From: Octopus sinensis | Lineage: Eukaryota | Length of the DNA stretch: 64,000 nt | Assembly (NCBI RefSeq): GCF_006345805.1 | Contig: NC_043011.1 | Location: 22,022,464-22,086,463 of the forward strand | Reading direction: 5' to 3' | Part shown: in pieces, positions 12,057 through 26,281 of the stretch | Layout: every line of letters begins with the position of its first letter | How positions within the stretch are numbered: the stretch's first letter is position 1 | Notes under the pieces: generated by a model | Databases searched by the model: none | Seen by the model: the letters and a program-made list of their open reading frames with translations, nothing else | Told to the model about the DNA's origin: nothing | Translations under genes and position numbers: made by a program

Positions 12057-13312
12057 TCAGATCATTAAGAATGAAATATCCAATTTTCTTATGCACCAAG
12101 TTTGACAGTCATCAACTCTAATGTTTTATCCTGACAATTCTTTGTTTTACAACATTGAAGAGTTACATCATCACTTTTTGAAATGCAATTCATGGTGTCT
12201 GATTATATTGTGAGTTTTCTCTTGTAAATCAATTTTTGTGAACCCATGGATAGATCAAAAATTCATGTTGTTTATGAATATGAATTCCATCATGGAATCA
12301 ATACATCCCAGATAGCTTGAAACATCAATGAGGTGTTTGGTGAAGATGTGGCAAATGAGCACACTGTGTGTCGAATGTTTGAGAAGTTCTGGTCTGGTGA
12401 CTTTACTCTTGACAAATTAGCCCCATGGTAGACCTGAGACTAAGGTGGATAATGATGAACCAGAAACTGTAGTGGAAGCAGATACATGTCAAATTATACA
12501 TGAGTTAGCTGCAAGGTTTGATGTTTCAATTCCAACTGTATTGGACCATCTGAAACAAATCAGCAAGGTAAAAAAGCTGGACAAGTGTACTACACAAACT
12601 GAACATGTCATCTTGAAACTTGCTGTTCTTTGTTGTTGTAGCATAAAAGCGAACCATTTTTGCATTGTATTGTTATGTGTGAAGAAAAATGGATTCTTTT
12701 CAAAAATAGCGAGCATTCTGCATGGTGGTCAGATAGAGATGAAGTGCCAAAACACAATCCAAAAAAGAATATCAAAAAAAGCTAATGGTGTCTGTTTGGT
12801 GGTCCAGCGCTGGTGTCCTCCACTACAGCTTCATGAGACCTGGTAAGTCAATTACAGCAGATGTATACACCAACAAACTGGATGAAATGATGAGTGAACT
12901 TGCAATTAAACAACTGAGATTGGTCAATAGTGACAGGCCATTTCTCTTGCAAATCAATGCTCGACCACAAGTTGCTCAAAGAACACTACCCAAATTACAG
13001 GAACTGAACTTGAAAGTACTCAGTCATACATCATATTCACCAGACCCTGCACCTGCTGACTATCACGTTTTCCAGGCATTAAACAACTTTTTGCAAGGAA
13101 AAAACTTTAAATCTGAAGAAGATGCAAAAACAGCCCTTCCTGATTTCATCACCTCTTGCTCTCCAGAATTCTTTACTGCCAGCTACTGATAAAATGGCAA
13201 AAGTGTGTTGATAATTTAAGTGCATACTTTGATTAACTGCATTGCTTTTAATTGAGATAAAATGAAATAAACTTTCAGTTAAAAATCAGACATTTCGTTT
13301 TTAATGACCTGA
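12057..13312 (+). mobile_element. full-length decayed mariner transposon (1256 bp)
   Basis: TIRs tcagatcattaagaatgaaat / atttcgtttttaatgacctga, TA on both sides; ORFs 12445..12846 and 12785..13189 (MVSVWWS, NARP, YSPDPAPADYHVF). Confidence 0.92.
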
Positions 13313-13919
13313 TATAAGAATATATGTATTTGTTTGGATTTTTTTCTCTTTCTTTTTTTTTCTTTTTTTTTTTATTTGTCTTTGTTGGCCTGAAGTTTTC
13401 TGAAGTTTTGTTCTGAAAATAATCTAGGCAAAAGAATCGTAATATTTAAGTAAAGGTGAACAGCTCAAACCTGAAAGTGAAAATATTCTTCCCATTGAAC
13501 AAATATATCTATAGTATATATTTAATTAACCAAATAATTTGGAGCAAAAACCCTATCCAGGATCCTATATATGCCATCCTTCAGATTTATCTAGAATCAT
13601 ACTGTGTTTCACAATTCATTGTATATCTTTCTGAGATGCAATATACCAAACAAGATATTCTATGTCAGGTTTAGGTGATGATAGATATAAAAATAAGCAA
13701 AATGGACTTCTTCAGTACAGTTGCTCAATTCTAGAGAAGAGAATTTGAGTTTTGAGCTGACTTACTAGAGTTAGTTAAGGATAGGGTAGGCCTAAGAAGT
13801 CCAATTCACCAGAATATTTCTCTGTTGTAGTTAGCAGCTTGTAATGCTTCCATTAGAGAACATACAGAACTTATGTATGAATTAATTTTGGTTTTAATTC
13901 AGATTTCCATAAACAATAT

Positions 13920-14310
13920 AGGTACAGATGTGGCCGTGTTGTTGAGAAGCTTTGCTTCCCAGCCATGTTGTCTTGAGTTCAGTCCCACTGCATGGTACTT
14001 TAGGTAAATGTCTTCTACTATAGCTTTGGGCCAACCAAAGCCTTGTGAGTAGATTTGACTGATAAAAACTGAAAGAAGACATGTGTGTGTGCTTTTGTCT
14101 TGTAAATGAGCACCATTGTCATACAAGTGTGGTTGTTCATTTCCAGTCTTCTGTAGAAAACATATCTGGCCATGGAAAATGTTACCTTGCTTGGAAGTCA
14201 GTTGGGGTTGGCAACAAGAAGGGCATCAGGCCATTGAAAATTTGCCTCAACAAATTCTGTCTGATCCATGCAATCATAGAAAAATGGATGTTAAGCAATG
14301 CTGATGATGA
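13920..14310 (+). mobile_element. tRNA-derived SINE
   Basis: gtggccgtgttgttgagaagc...gagttcagtcccactgc head; gatga tail. Confidence 0.7.
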
Positions 14311-14487
14311 ATTAAATTTTCACTTTCTTCAACAGAACTAGTTTGATGATATCATACAAAATTGTTTTTCAGTAAGCCATCAAGTAAGTGTTTTTTTTTT
14401 GTTTTTTTCTGTTTCATTCAATTAAAAAAATTAACATTGATTCATACATTGTTCTTTAATCCTCCATATTTTCCTCCCTGTTTCCAG

Positions 14488-14631
14488 TCACCGTCAAAGT
14501 GTGCAACTTGCACATATGCGTTTGTTTAGACTATCTGATGACTTTAGGAAACTTCTTCACTCAAGGAGCAACAAAAACAGCAAATGCTTCTGAATCCAAA
14601 CGTTCAATACAAGATTCGAAAACTTCTAAGA
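14488..14631 (+). CDS. VPS13: VPS13 exon h (VTVKVCNLHICVCLDYLMTLGNFF...)
   Basis: tttccag acceptor, GTAAGT donor, phase 1/1. Confidence 0.9.
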
Positions 14632-14779
14632 GTAAGTTTGATTTTTTTGTTTTCTTTTTTAGGATTAGAAAAAAAGTCTTTATCTTCAAAATCGTCAGTT
14701 TCTCATTAAAACTAAACTATTAATTGCTGTATTAAATATCCTGCATAAGATTTTATGTGTATTTAGACATGAAATTCTG

Positions 14780-15340
14780 TAACCCTTCAGCATTTAAGCC
14801 AGCCATACCCAGCCCAAATATTCTATCATGGGGGTTCTCAACCATTTTTTAGCTATGGACCCCTTTGATTACTCTTTTATTCTGGTGGACCCCCTTAGCC
14901 ATTCAATGTTTAAAAGCTAGTTTAATAGAAACTTCTTTCAAAATTCTTATTTTGTTTTTCATTCATTAACTTGTGTAGGTTGAACTATGTAAAATGTTAG
15001 AAAAAGAAACCTAGCTGTTTCTTGCAATACACACCAATACATACATTTAACACAAAAACTTTTCATGGGCCTTTAGAATATTATTGTGGATACCCAATTT
15101 ACTATTTTGTTGCATGGACCCCCAAAAATCTCATATGGATCCCGATTGAGAACCACTGTTCTATCTGCTTTTTGATCAAACTGGTTAGATCCAGCCTCTC
15201 ACATATGGTTGACAATGTGTTTCTAAAAATAAACAATCACATCATCGAAATCTCAAAACTATGAGATAATGCATGTCTTTAAAAAATCTGAATAAAAAAG
15301 CATTACATTTGACAGGATAATCTGAATGCTAAAGGGTTAA
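14780..15340 (+). mobile_element. TTAA-type MITE (CCCT...AGGG ends) with nested hAT MITE 14827-15158
   Basis: taacccttcagcattt ... aatgctaaagggttaa; inner ggttctcaac ... ttgagaaccactg with ttctat duplicated at the junctions. Confidence 0.8.
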
Positions 15341-16136
15341 ATACCAAATATTCTTTTTGTTCTTATTAGTTCTTACATATTTTTTATTAACCAGCCTAAC
15401 ATGAACTACTGCTTTCTCATCAAAGCTTCAGTAATTAATTCAAAAAGATTAACAACCTTCTTTATGAGTCTATCATGTCATCAGAGTAAGACTGTGGAAA
15501 CAAAATCAAATAATTAAACAAATTTCAACCAAAAGAAATAATCAGAATAGAAGAAATAATAAGCACAGGCTTGGCTGGGTGGTTAAGAAGTTTGCTTCAC
15601 AACTTCTTGGTTTCATGTTCAATCCCACTATATAGCCCCAGCTAACCAATGCCTTATGAGTGAATTTAGTAAATGGAATCTATGCAGAAGCCTCATTGAG
15701 AGTGTATGTGTGTGTGTTTCCAAGTTTGTATTAGTCTCACTTCACTTGATAACTCCTGTAGATTTGTTTACATCCCTGTAAATTCGTGTTTCAGCTAAAA
15801 AGGGTTTGATAGAATAAGTAACAGATGTAAAATTGGTACCAGTGTTGATTTGATTGAATGAAACCCTTCAGGGCAATCCCCAGTGTGGTTATATTCCAAA
15901 AATTGAAAATAAGAATAAGAATAAAGGAATATAAATAATTAACTTTATCTTACAGAAAATAAAGTACAAACAACCTCAAAATGTTAATACTTATCTTCTC
16001 TCACTATTTTATTTTTTAATTATCCCTTTTATTCCCTTATTTATGTTGAAATACACTACCTTTATTTCAACTAATTTTGAAATTAATGAAGAATTTAGTA
16101 AAGTAACATTGTCATTAAACTGATGTTTGAAGCATA

Positions 16137-16520
16137 GGCGTAGGAGTGACTGTGGTAAGTAGCTTGCTTACCAATCACATGGTTCCTACTGCGTGGCACC
16201 TTGGGCAAGTGTTTTCTACTATAGCCTCAGGCTGACCAAAGCCTTGTGAGTGGATTTGGTAGACAGAAACTGAAAGAGGCCCATTGTATATATGTGTATA
16301 TATATGTGTGTTTGTGTGTCTGTGTTTGTCCCCCCGCCCCCACATCACTTGACAACTGATGCTGGTGTGTTTACGTCCCCGTAACTTAGCGATTCGGCAA
16401 AAGAGACCAATAGAATAAGTACTAGGCTTGCAAAGAATAAGTCCTGGGGTTGATTTGCTCGACTAAAGGTGGTGCTCCAGCATGGCCACAGTCAAATGAC
16501 TGAAAGAGTAAAAGAGTCAT
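16137..16520 (+). mobile_element. tRNA-derived SINE, near full length
   Basis: ggcgtaggagtgactgtggtaagtagc...gtggtgctccagcatggcc...aaaagagt tail; same family as 10520. Confidence 0.85.
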
Positions 16521-16724
16521 GAAATTTATGGAAGGTTTTATTTTAGATCACTTTAGAAGATGATGTTTGTATCATAGGATCAGCCGTTGTTTCAGGTAGA
16601 ATAGTATCAAAAGGGTTAATTAGTCAGAAGATAAGGAAGACCTGTCACTGTTGCCACTGTAATATCAATGCAATAATGCTGACTTTTTTTTATTATAATG
16701 GTTTACATTTTTTTCCAATTTTAG

Positions 16725-16858
16725 CTACAGTGTCTGCAGCTCCTGCAGCTCCTGAAAGACCCACATCAAATATGAACATTAATGTTTCAATATCACATCC
16801 TGAAATTGTTCTCATAGAAGATCAATGCAACTCTGAAACTAATGCATTGGTGCTCCAT
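16725..16858 (+). CDS. VPS13: VPS13 exon i (TVSAAPAAPERP...PEIVLIED...NALVLH); alternative in-frame acceptor at 16731
   Basis: ttttagCTACAG tandem acceptors, GTAAGT donor, phase 1/0. Confidence 0.88.
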
Positions 16859-16973
16859 GTAAGTTGACATCTGTCTTACTAATCAATTGTATCATACTTT
16901 AGTTATTTGCCGTCCTTTTATTTTTTCTTGTTTTGTTGTAGTCTTCATGGTTGCTTTCTGTTTTATATTTCAG

Positions 16974-17087
16974 TCAAATATTGATTTTAAAATGGTGTCC
17001 ACTCCTGATACCGCTACAATGTCAGCTAATGTCTGTGGCCTTCAGATTATATCATCAACCTTCAAGAAGAGAGATAGTGGCATTCAG
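16974..17087 (+). CDS. VPS13: VPS13 exon j (SNIDFKMVST...GLQIISSTFKKRDSGIQ)
   Basis: tttcag acceptor, CAG|GTAAAG donor, phase 0/0; follows a 115-nt intron. Confidence 0.9.
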
Positions 17088-17426
17088 GTAAAGTATTATA
17101 CTTTAAAATACAAAGTAATTCCCTATAGAAGTTTAGGCTAGTGAGGTACAACTGAAAACTTTATTGTCAACTGGTGATCCAAAGGAAAATGGTATGTCTC
17201 TACCAAAATTGAATGTGATAATCTTTATGGAGCCAAATAAAACTTTGTCAGTAGTAACAACATATTGTAAAATGACGACAACTATGTTTGTAGTGTAGAA
17301 AATGTGAAATAGACAGAACTAGTACAGAAGTGAATTTGGTGCACACTCTAAATATATGCACTATTTTGAACTGGAAGGATTTGTTGCCTGGCCTGTAAGA
17401 GAATTTTAACTAAATTTTTCTAGTTA

Positions 17427-17650
17427 ACCCTTTAGCATTTAGATTACTCTGTCAAATGTAATGTTTATTTATTTACATTGCTTTGAATTAATCATGCACT
17501 ATCTCGTAAATTTGAGATTTTGATGATGTGATTGTTTATGTTTAGGATAACATTATAGAGTAGATGCAAGAGGCAGGATCTGACCAGTTTAAAATGTAAA
17601 AAAAGGTAGAATATTTTGGCCTCATATGGACGGTTTAAATACTAAAACAA
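17427..17650. mobile_element. TTAA-type MITE
   Basis: ttaaccctttagcatttagattactctg start; related copies at ~39365-39595 and ~52406-52627. Confidence 0.7.
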
Positions 17651-18711
17651 TTGTTAGTTCTCAGTCACTAAAGGCAGAATTGTGATTAAAAGGTAGAATG
17701 TCAGACTACATAGCTTATATTAAATGATTTCCTTTTATTGCACAATGTATGATCAAGCTGAGCCAATAATTTACCAAGGTCAATTGTTAGGTGTCAGTTG
17801 AACAGTCCACTTCCCCAGCTGTTACTTAAAATAGTAAAATACACTTCCTTGTGGTACTTATTTGCAGTTAGAATTTAATCATATACACTAAAATCACAAT
17901 GAACTGGTGGTCCCATTAAGATTTAAATGGATTTGAATTGGATTTGAATTATTAACATGTTGATTGAATGCCTTAAATCCTCTTGACATCACAAGCTGTA
18001 ACTTTCATTTCATATTACGTCATTTTGTTAAATTGAATTTCAATTACTATTATATGAAAATTTGCATCTTTACTAATCAGTATCTCTAACTGACAATGTT
18101 AATATCCATAGCCTACAAGAGCCTTTGTGGTCTCTAGACTGATAAAAGTAACAATCAAGTCTACCTCAAATCACTTCCTATCCGCTGAAAAATGAAAATA
18201 GTGGAAGGGTACACTAGAGGGTGTGGTGCAAGAAACAATGTCTGAAAAAATGATGGGATGATCACAGTTGGTACGTTTTGACCAATTCTACTTAGTCAGA
18301 GCTATCAATGAAGTTATGTGGTTAGGATGTTTATCTCAAGATTGTAAGGTCATGATTTCAATTCCTGGTGGCACATTATGTCCTTTAGTAAGACACTTTA
18401 TTTCACATTGCTCCAGTCCAGTTCACTCAGCTGGCAAAAATGAACTGTACCTGTAATTCAAAGGGCCAGTCTTGTCACACTCTGTATCATCACACTGAAT
18501 CTCCAAGAACTATGTTAAGTGTACACACATCTGTGGAGTGCTCAGCCACTTGCACATTAATTTCATGAGCAGGCTGTTCCATTGATCGGCTAAACAAGTT
18601 GCTCCTTACTTTTATTTTAGCAATGGTTACTTTCTTATTTCGTTTCTTCTGATGGAATCAAAAAGTCTTAACAGCCTTCGTTTTTTTTTTTGTTTTTTTT
18701 TTCTATTTTAG

Positions 18712-18864
18712 ATTCTTAACACCTGTGAAATCAACTTTCATAGCAGTGCTCCATTTAATGAGGGCCAGCATATACAACTTCAAACAACTAATCTTGTTTT
18801 CAGTATATCTCCTGCAACTATACGGACAATGACTGCTATTGCTTCTGGTCTTTCTGCACAACCT
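18712..18864 (+). CDS. VPS13: VPS13 exon k (ILNTCEINF...ISPATIRTMTAIASGLSAQP)
   Basis: poly-T ttttag acceptor, GTGAGT donor, phase 0/0. Confidence 0.9.
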
Positions 18865-19192
18865 GTGAGTATTACATTAATTTTTTTTTTTCTTTAGTCA
18901 AAGAAATCAACCAAGTACTTATTCTATCGGTCTTTTTTGCTGAAACACTAAGTTACAGAAACCAAGGACATAACACACACCAATATACCATTGTATGATG
19001 ATGGGTGGACAAACAGACACAAAGACAAACACACAAACACATACATACATACATACATACATACATACATACATACATACATACATACATACATACATAC
19101 TACATATATATATATATATTATATATATATATATATATTATATATATATATATATATAATATATATATATAAGAGAGAGAGAGAGAGAGAGA

Positions 19193-20385
19193 GAGGTTGG
19201 ACAAAATAATGGAAACAACCTTAGAATTTCAAACAAATTTATTTTAATATGGGGTTAGGACCACCTTTGGCAGTAATTAAAGCTTGAATTCTACAAGGTA
19301 TGGACTCGTACAAAGTTTGAATTGTTTCTAAAGGAATTTTTGTCCATTCTTCAACTAAAATAATCTCCATTTCTTGTAGTAATGATGGTGGAGGATATTG
19401 ATTCCTTACTTGTTTTTCTAAAATGCACCATAAATGTTAATAATATTGAGATCTGGGGACTGTGGTGGCCAGATAAGATGTTCAACTTCACTAGAATGTT
19501 CCTCATGCCAGTCAGTAACAACTTTAGTTGTGTGAATTGGTGCATTATCATCCTGAAAGATTGTGTTTCCCTCTGGAAACCATTCCACAACCATGGGATG
19601 AATTTGATCAGATAAAATGCTTCAATAGTCTGCCATGATGGGAAACCATTGGGTCAGCAGATTTGCTAGATATAGTCCCCCAGATCATCACAGATCCTCC
19701 TCCGTGGTTGGAAGAAGGCAGCCTGGGTCAAATGTTTCTTTTGGCTGTCTCCACATGTATACTCAGCCAGTGATTGGAAATAGGGTAAAGGATGACTCAT
19801 CTGAGAAAATAACATTTTTCCACTGCTCTAGGGACCAATTCTGTAGGTTTTTACTACACTCTAAACACTTTGCAACATTTGTTTTTGAAAGTAGTGGATT
19901 TCTGATTGCAGCCCTCCCATGAAATCTGGCTTTGTGCAGCTCTCAGCGAACAGTTTTTGTGGTGGTCATTAAGCTCTGAAGTAATTTTGTGATCCTTTCT
20001 AACAATTCGCATAAGAGTCTGACGGTCCATGTCTGAAAGTTTTGTTTTGATGAGGAGGTTTTTTCCTCTTTCTCAAAGGCTGTCATTACTTTCAAGACAG
20101 TACTTCTTGATACACCAAACATTTCGGCTGTTTTCGTTACACTAGCGCCTGTCATACAAGCACTGGCAATTGGACCTCTTTGAAAGTTCGATAGATCTGT
20201 CATTTTAATGAATTTTAATTACCTTTTTCTGATGATATCTGAAAAGAAGAGCAATTTTAGCAAAACATATTAAGCAACACTATTAATAAATTTAAAAAAA
20301 CATAAAAATAAACAAGCTTTTGATGGTTTTATAGATATTTCAAAATTATGATGCTAGCTGCTGACATTATTTTGTCCAACCCCTG
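19193..20385 (-). mobile_element. Tc1-like transposon, decayed
   Basis: TIRs ggttggacaaaataatg / cattattttgtccaacccctg+TA; ORF 19943..20203(-) MTDLSNFQRG...GASVTKTAEMFGVSRSTV. Confidence 0.9.
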
Positions 20386-22285
20386 TACATATGTATAGTA
20401 TACACACACACACACACACAATGGTCTTCTTTCAGTTTCCCTCTCCCAAATCCATTCACAAAGCTTGATCAGCCTGAAGCCAATGTAGAAGTTGCTGCAC
20501 AGTGGAACTGAATCCGGAACTATGTGGTTGAGAAGCAAGCTTCTTACCACACAGCTATGCCTGTGCCTATGAGATATGAGGTCTCACCAAGACATGAACT
20601 CAGATCACTGGATTCAGAGTCCAGAGTGCGAAACATTACACCATTAGAGCATGTGTGCAGTAATTTTTTTTTTCTCTTACAATATTATCTTCAATTCTAA
20701 TACTTCAGGAAGCTCCTTCTCTTCTCCAAACCATAAATATGCTTTTTAATTTCTGAGGTAGAGGGAGAAGGGGAACACCATCACTTTATCACCTTTGTAG
20801 AGTGTCCAGGACTGATGGAAAGGAAATAGAAGTAAACAACTCATGGGAAGCAGTACCTTAAGGTATTAAGTTATCCTAAGCTTGGAGACAACAGAATAGA
20901 CTCCACTAAAGTCATCCAAGGATGGATGATGTATTCTGGCCAAAAAGATATACAACCCTTATCAATGCACTCCTGATCTAATTGTGTTCCTTTGATCTCT
21001 AAAGCTATGTCATTTTCTAGGATTTAGTTGCATGCATGGCTACATGATTTAGAAGTTTGTTTCCCAACTACATGGTTTTAGATTCAGTCCTACTGGTAGG
21101 CACCTTGGACAAGTGTCTTCTAATATAGTCCCAGGCCAACCAAGCCTTGTGAATGAATTTGGTGGATGGAAACTGTAAATAGCCTGTTGTGTGTGTCCTT
21201 TCCTTAACATCATGTGAGTGTTGTAAATGAATGTCCTTTGTTTCCAATATTCTGTGGAAACATGCCTAATCAAGGGGATATGTTACCTTGCTTGGAAACA
21301 GGTAAGGATAAGCAACAGGAAGGGCATTCAACCATAGAAAATCTCCTTCAGTAAATTCTGTCTGTTCACAGATGTTTAATGATGACGACAACTATTGTTA
21401 TTATTATTATTATTATTATTATTCATCCCTTAATCCACACTATTTGTTTTTAATAACTTACTCTGTGTGATGGAATTAACAGGTGGTAGCCAACAACAAG
21501 AAGCATAGGAGATTTTAAGAGTACATTATGAGGCTTTTGCCCAAACCAAACTAAACGGATATATTTATATACATATGTGTGTTTATGTATACATACATAT
21601 ATGTGTATATAGATAAAAATAATGAGAGAGAAAGAAAAACCATTGGACTCTGTTCCATTTCTGATATGATAAAGTACATGGAATAAGTTTTTTAGCCTTC
21701 AAGTATGCAACATTTATGGTGAGAAAGGTATGTATGTTCCACTGGAATTGGTTATCTCCCACAACTGTTATTTTTAAACAGAGCTCAATATGGATGAGAA
21801 TTTCATAATGAGAACAATATATGAATGGTACAATTCTAATGATCTACCGATTAGGTGTTCTCAGTTTGTTGTTTGTTGGGCAGTATCATAAATTCTAGTT
21901 GGCTTCTCTCATATCTTCTTGATAAATATAACTGTGTATAGCAAACTTGGACTGCTCACTAACAACAATGACTTTATGGCAAACTATTCTGAAATCTCAA
22001 TTCTTCAATTTCACATACTGAAACATTTTAGATTAGGGTCTCAGGTGAAAAACAGTTTACCCTAAATTAGTAGTCAGAGAGGGAGAAACTAAAACAATTT
22101 CCTACTGAAAATTTTTTTCTTAAATATACCTAAGTGCAACACATTTATAAAGGATTTCTCCAATGAATAGGAAAATATATTGTAATAATAATCTTCTAAT
22201 TGTTTTATAAAGGATATTGACTAAAGATTTTAATCTCAGTAGAATGTATGCATCAGTTAATTAATTAATGTGTTATTTTTTCCAG

Positions 22286-22379
22286 GCTGAAGACGATGAA
22301 AAATCTGACATCAAACCACTTGAAAATCTCTGGAGTGTTAAACCCATTTCCGAATGTGATTTGTGGTATCTCAAAACTG
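22286..22379 (+). CDS. VPS13: VPS13 exon l (AEDDEKSD...LWSVKPISECDLWYLKT)
   Basis: ttccag acceptor, G|GTTAGT donor, phase 0/1. Confidence 0.88.
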
Positions 22380-23206
22380 GTTAGTAGTACAAGTGATTTA
22401 TAAAAGTTCACTTATGTGTATATATTTGTATGTGAGTCTAACTTAACAATGCTATTTATTACTTCTATTCATGAAAATAGTGGAGCAGCCTCATGCATAA
22501 CCCCAGGACTTTGCAGTTCTTAGATAACACATTCTCTTATGCACTTCTTGTGGAATCTTTTTCAATACTTTTATATTGTTAGTGAGGTTAAAGAAAAGGT
22601 TAATGCTTCAAAAATGTTTTAAGATGTTCTTAGAAATGTGTCCATTATTCTAAATGTTACATGGCTGAGTGGTTAGTGTTAGGCTCACAATCACAAAACC
22701 ATAAATTCAGTTCCTGACTTGGCATTTATTTCATTTCACATTGCTCTAGTCTGCTTTGCTGAAAATAAGTATCAACCAAGTTCAGGTGCTTCTCCCCTCC
22801 TCCCGCTCCAGCTGTCACATCCTCAAACTTTTGTCAGGACAGGGGGTGGGGCTGAATGAGCATCCATTCAGTATATGTCTGACCACGGCTACATAAGCAC
22901 CTATAGCAATTGTCAAAAGCGTGGTATATGCTACCAGGTTATATTCACTTACAAGTGACGGCTGAGCCACATGTTAAATTGCTAGTGCATAAGTACCAGT
23001 TGAGCACTGGGGTGAGTGTGATCTATTTCTCCTCTCCCCTAAAATTCCTGACCTTGTGCCAAAAATTTGTCTACTTGATTGAAAATGATTTACACAAATG
23101 ACCCAGTTTGCTTGACCATTTAAATTTAGCATGTTAGCAAAGAATAAAACAATTGTATGTGCTTAATTTATTTAATGAAATCTTTTTTCGATTTGTATAA
23201 TTTCAG

Positions 23207-23277
23207 ATGACAAAGAAGCTGTTGAAAATGTTAATAGCACAGATGTTGATACAATTGTTGCTGCTAGACATGAACAA
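23207..23277 (+). CDS. VPS13: VPS13 exon m (DDKEAVENV...RHEQ)
   Basis: tttcag acceptor, GTAAGT donor, phase 1/0. Confidence 0.85.
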
Positions 23278-24769
23278 GTAAGTTAAGGGAAATTGGTGGG
23301 AGGTCATATTTCTCTTTTTTATTAAATCTCTATTGTAAGATATTGGTTTGCTGAGCTTAAAAGGATGGCTGTCTTATTGCAAAAGAAAAATATTTTATTT
23401 TAAATAATTATTTTAAAAAACAAAGCCAAACTTATCTTCAGTTCAGTTTTTGAACCCTTACCTATGGTCTTGAATGTTGAGTAATGACCAAAAAACTACA
23501 ATTGCAAATACAAGTGGCTGAAAAGGGCTTCTTCCAAAGGATCTCTGGAGTAACATTACTCAACAGATTACATAGCTCGTAGATCAGTGAGTGTCTCCAC
23601 ATTGAGAGATTAGGGTCATGTAAATAGAATGTCACAGGAAAGAACCACTAGATGGATGGATAATTATTTTTTTCTCATTTTTTTCCTAGCTTGTTGTTCC
23701 TCTTTTTTTTTAATTCTCTCTCTAGAACTGAATTCTTTTCACAGTTAATAATGCTTATTGTTTATCAATTAATCTGTTGGTATGAACAATTCTTCTTAGC
23801 TCTTATAGGGTGTCTTAGACTGAGAAATACAGGTAACTGAAGGAGGTTAGAGTAGTTTATATTCAGTTTGAATTGTAACTGTTGAGCAAAGGTTACCATC
23901 CAGGTGTACTTGAGCTAACCAATGAAATGGTAGCATCTAATCAAACAAGGCATCAGATTGGTGTTTCAAGCTGAGGCTATTCTGTCTTTGATTTGAATCA
24001 TGTTGTCCTAGAATTTCTAAGATAAATTATTATATTATAATATAATATAGATGCAGACATGTTCATGTGACTAGAAGTATGCTTTGCAAATTGACCAATA
24101 TTTTATTGATGAAGTTTGGTAAATGGAACCTATAGAGAAACCCATTGTGTATACATGTGTGTGTGTGTGTGTGTGTGTGCATGCATGCCCTTGTGCTTTC
24201 ATTCTGTTTAGGCAATAACAGTGGCACATGTCGTGCATAAACAAAAAGTCCAATAGCTTTGCAGTTCAACATACAAAGATGTGGAATAAAGTAAATCGCT
24301 TGAAAATGAACAAGGAGATGCATCAGGAAGGACATCCAGCTGTAGAATACTATCTCAAGAAATCTGATCCATCTCATACCAGCATGAGAAAGCAGACATG
24401 AAAGCCATGAAGAATGGGATTGTGTTTTTGAAGTTGGGTGAGATTTGTTTAAGGACATTTGCCTATTACCCTGAGCCAATAGGGTATTTATATATTAGCT
24501 TTGTCAGTAAGATTGTCTATTGGTTAAGCTCTTATTGAGTTTTGAGGGTAGAGAGTTGTATTGGAATGTAATTCTAAGGAAGGAATAATAGTACATAGGA
24601 GACATAGAGGAGTGATGGGAAGAAGAGAGTTGGATGTATCATGAAGTAGTTTGAGCAAATGAAAAGGGAGCATTGATCAGATTACTACTACTTTTCACCA
24701 TATGGAGCTACCTTTACTGGGTATGTCTGTGTTAAACTGATAGCAAGAATGAAAGTGATGTATATCATC

Positions 24770-25700
24770 ATCATTTAACATCTGTTTTCCATGTTGGCAT
24801 AGGCTGGATGGTTTGACAAGGAACTGGCTTGTAGGGAGCTGTCCAGACTCCAGCTGTCTGTTGAGGTATGGTTTCTACAGCTGGATGCCCTTCCTAAAGC
24901 CAACCACTTAACAGTGTGTTGGGTGCTTTTTATATGCCACTGGCATGGGTGCATTAGTGCAGCACTGACTCAGGTGCCTTTTAAATGGCACCAGCACATG
25001 AAAGGACAAGCCTGTATGTGTGAAAGACAGTGATTTTATTTAGCTTGACGCGTCTTATGAAGTACAGCAAATCACATTTCCTGGTCCCTTGTCATTTTTT
25101 CACTGTGGCCCAGTGTTCAAAGATTCTTTCTCACCACTTCATCCCACATCTTCCAGGGTCTACCCCCTTCCACAAGTTCCCTCCACAATTAGAACTCAGC
25201 ACTTCTTTAGGCAGCTGTCCTCATTCATTTGCACCACATGACCAAACCAGCTCAGCTCAGTCTTCTCTCTTGCACACATCTGATGCCTCTTATACCCAAT
25301 TTTCCTCTTAAATCAGTTACACTCTGTCATGCTTGCAACCGATATTACCTGTCCAGCAGAGCATGCTAACTTCAGTTGCAAAGACTGAGACATTGGTCCT
25401 CTCAAGAAAGTTTTTCTAGTGCAATCTCTATGTTAGTGGAACATCACTGAGACAAGTAGAGAATTTTAAGTATATAGGAGCTGTTTTCACAAGTGAGAAA
25501 GGCAGAAAACTGAATTGGATGCTAGAATTACAAGTGCTGGCACAGTAATGTGCTAGCTTCAGCATTTGATCTACAGAAGAGGTGTAGTTGGTAAAAAGGC
25601 CAAACTTGCTATCTTCAGTTTGGCTTTCGTGCTTATCCTCACTTACCATGAATGTTAGGTATTGACAGTAAAAGTATGACTGCAAATACAAGTGGCTGAA
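24770..25700. mobile_element. decayed RTE LINE/SINE fragments
   Basis: 25030-25400 resembles the reverse complement of the RTE at 32640-33000; boundaries approximate. Confidence 0.55.
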
Positions 25701-26281
25701 ATGGGATTCCTCTGAAGCATCTTTAGAAACATTAATTGACAGGATGTGTGGCTTAGAATCAGGTGGTCTCTCCTGGTCAAGCCACTATTTCTCCACAATG
25801 AGAGGTCACAGCTCCAATACTATGGACAATGTTGTTAGAATGCTGAAAGAAATGATCACAAGACAGATTCTTCAAGTTGAGCCAACCAGCAGGAGACCTA
25901 GGGATAGAGCAAGAACAAAATATTGGATAATACCCATAGTCTCAGTGGGTTACACTTGGGAATCCAACCTGAAAGTGTGATGACATTTCTGATAGGATCC
26001 TATGGTGGAGATATCTGAGGACTCTACTCCCACAACCTTCCCAGGAATAGTAGGCAGAGAAAATGGATGAAATGAGATAAACAATATATCTCCACTTTGA
26101 ATGAGACATTAAAAAAACATATATTTAAAGAAGTGAAAAAGCTAATCCAGGTTATTTAAATCATTCTATGGCAAAGAACAAATATCTTGACCAGACCTTT
26201 TTTCTTTATCTATTTTGTTGTATATGTATGAATGTATGTGTATATATAAGTACTCTATATATGTATACTATTTTTATTCAG

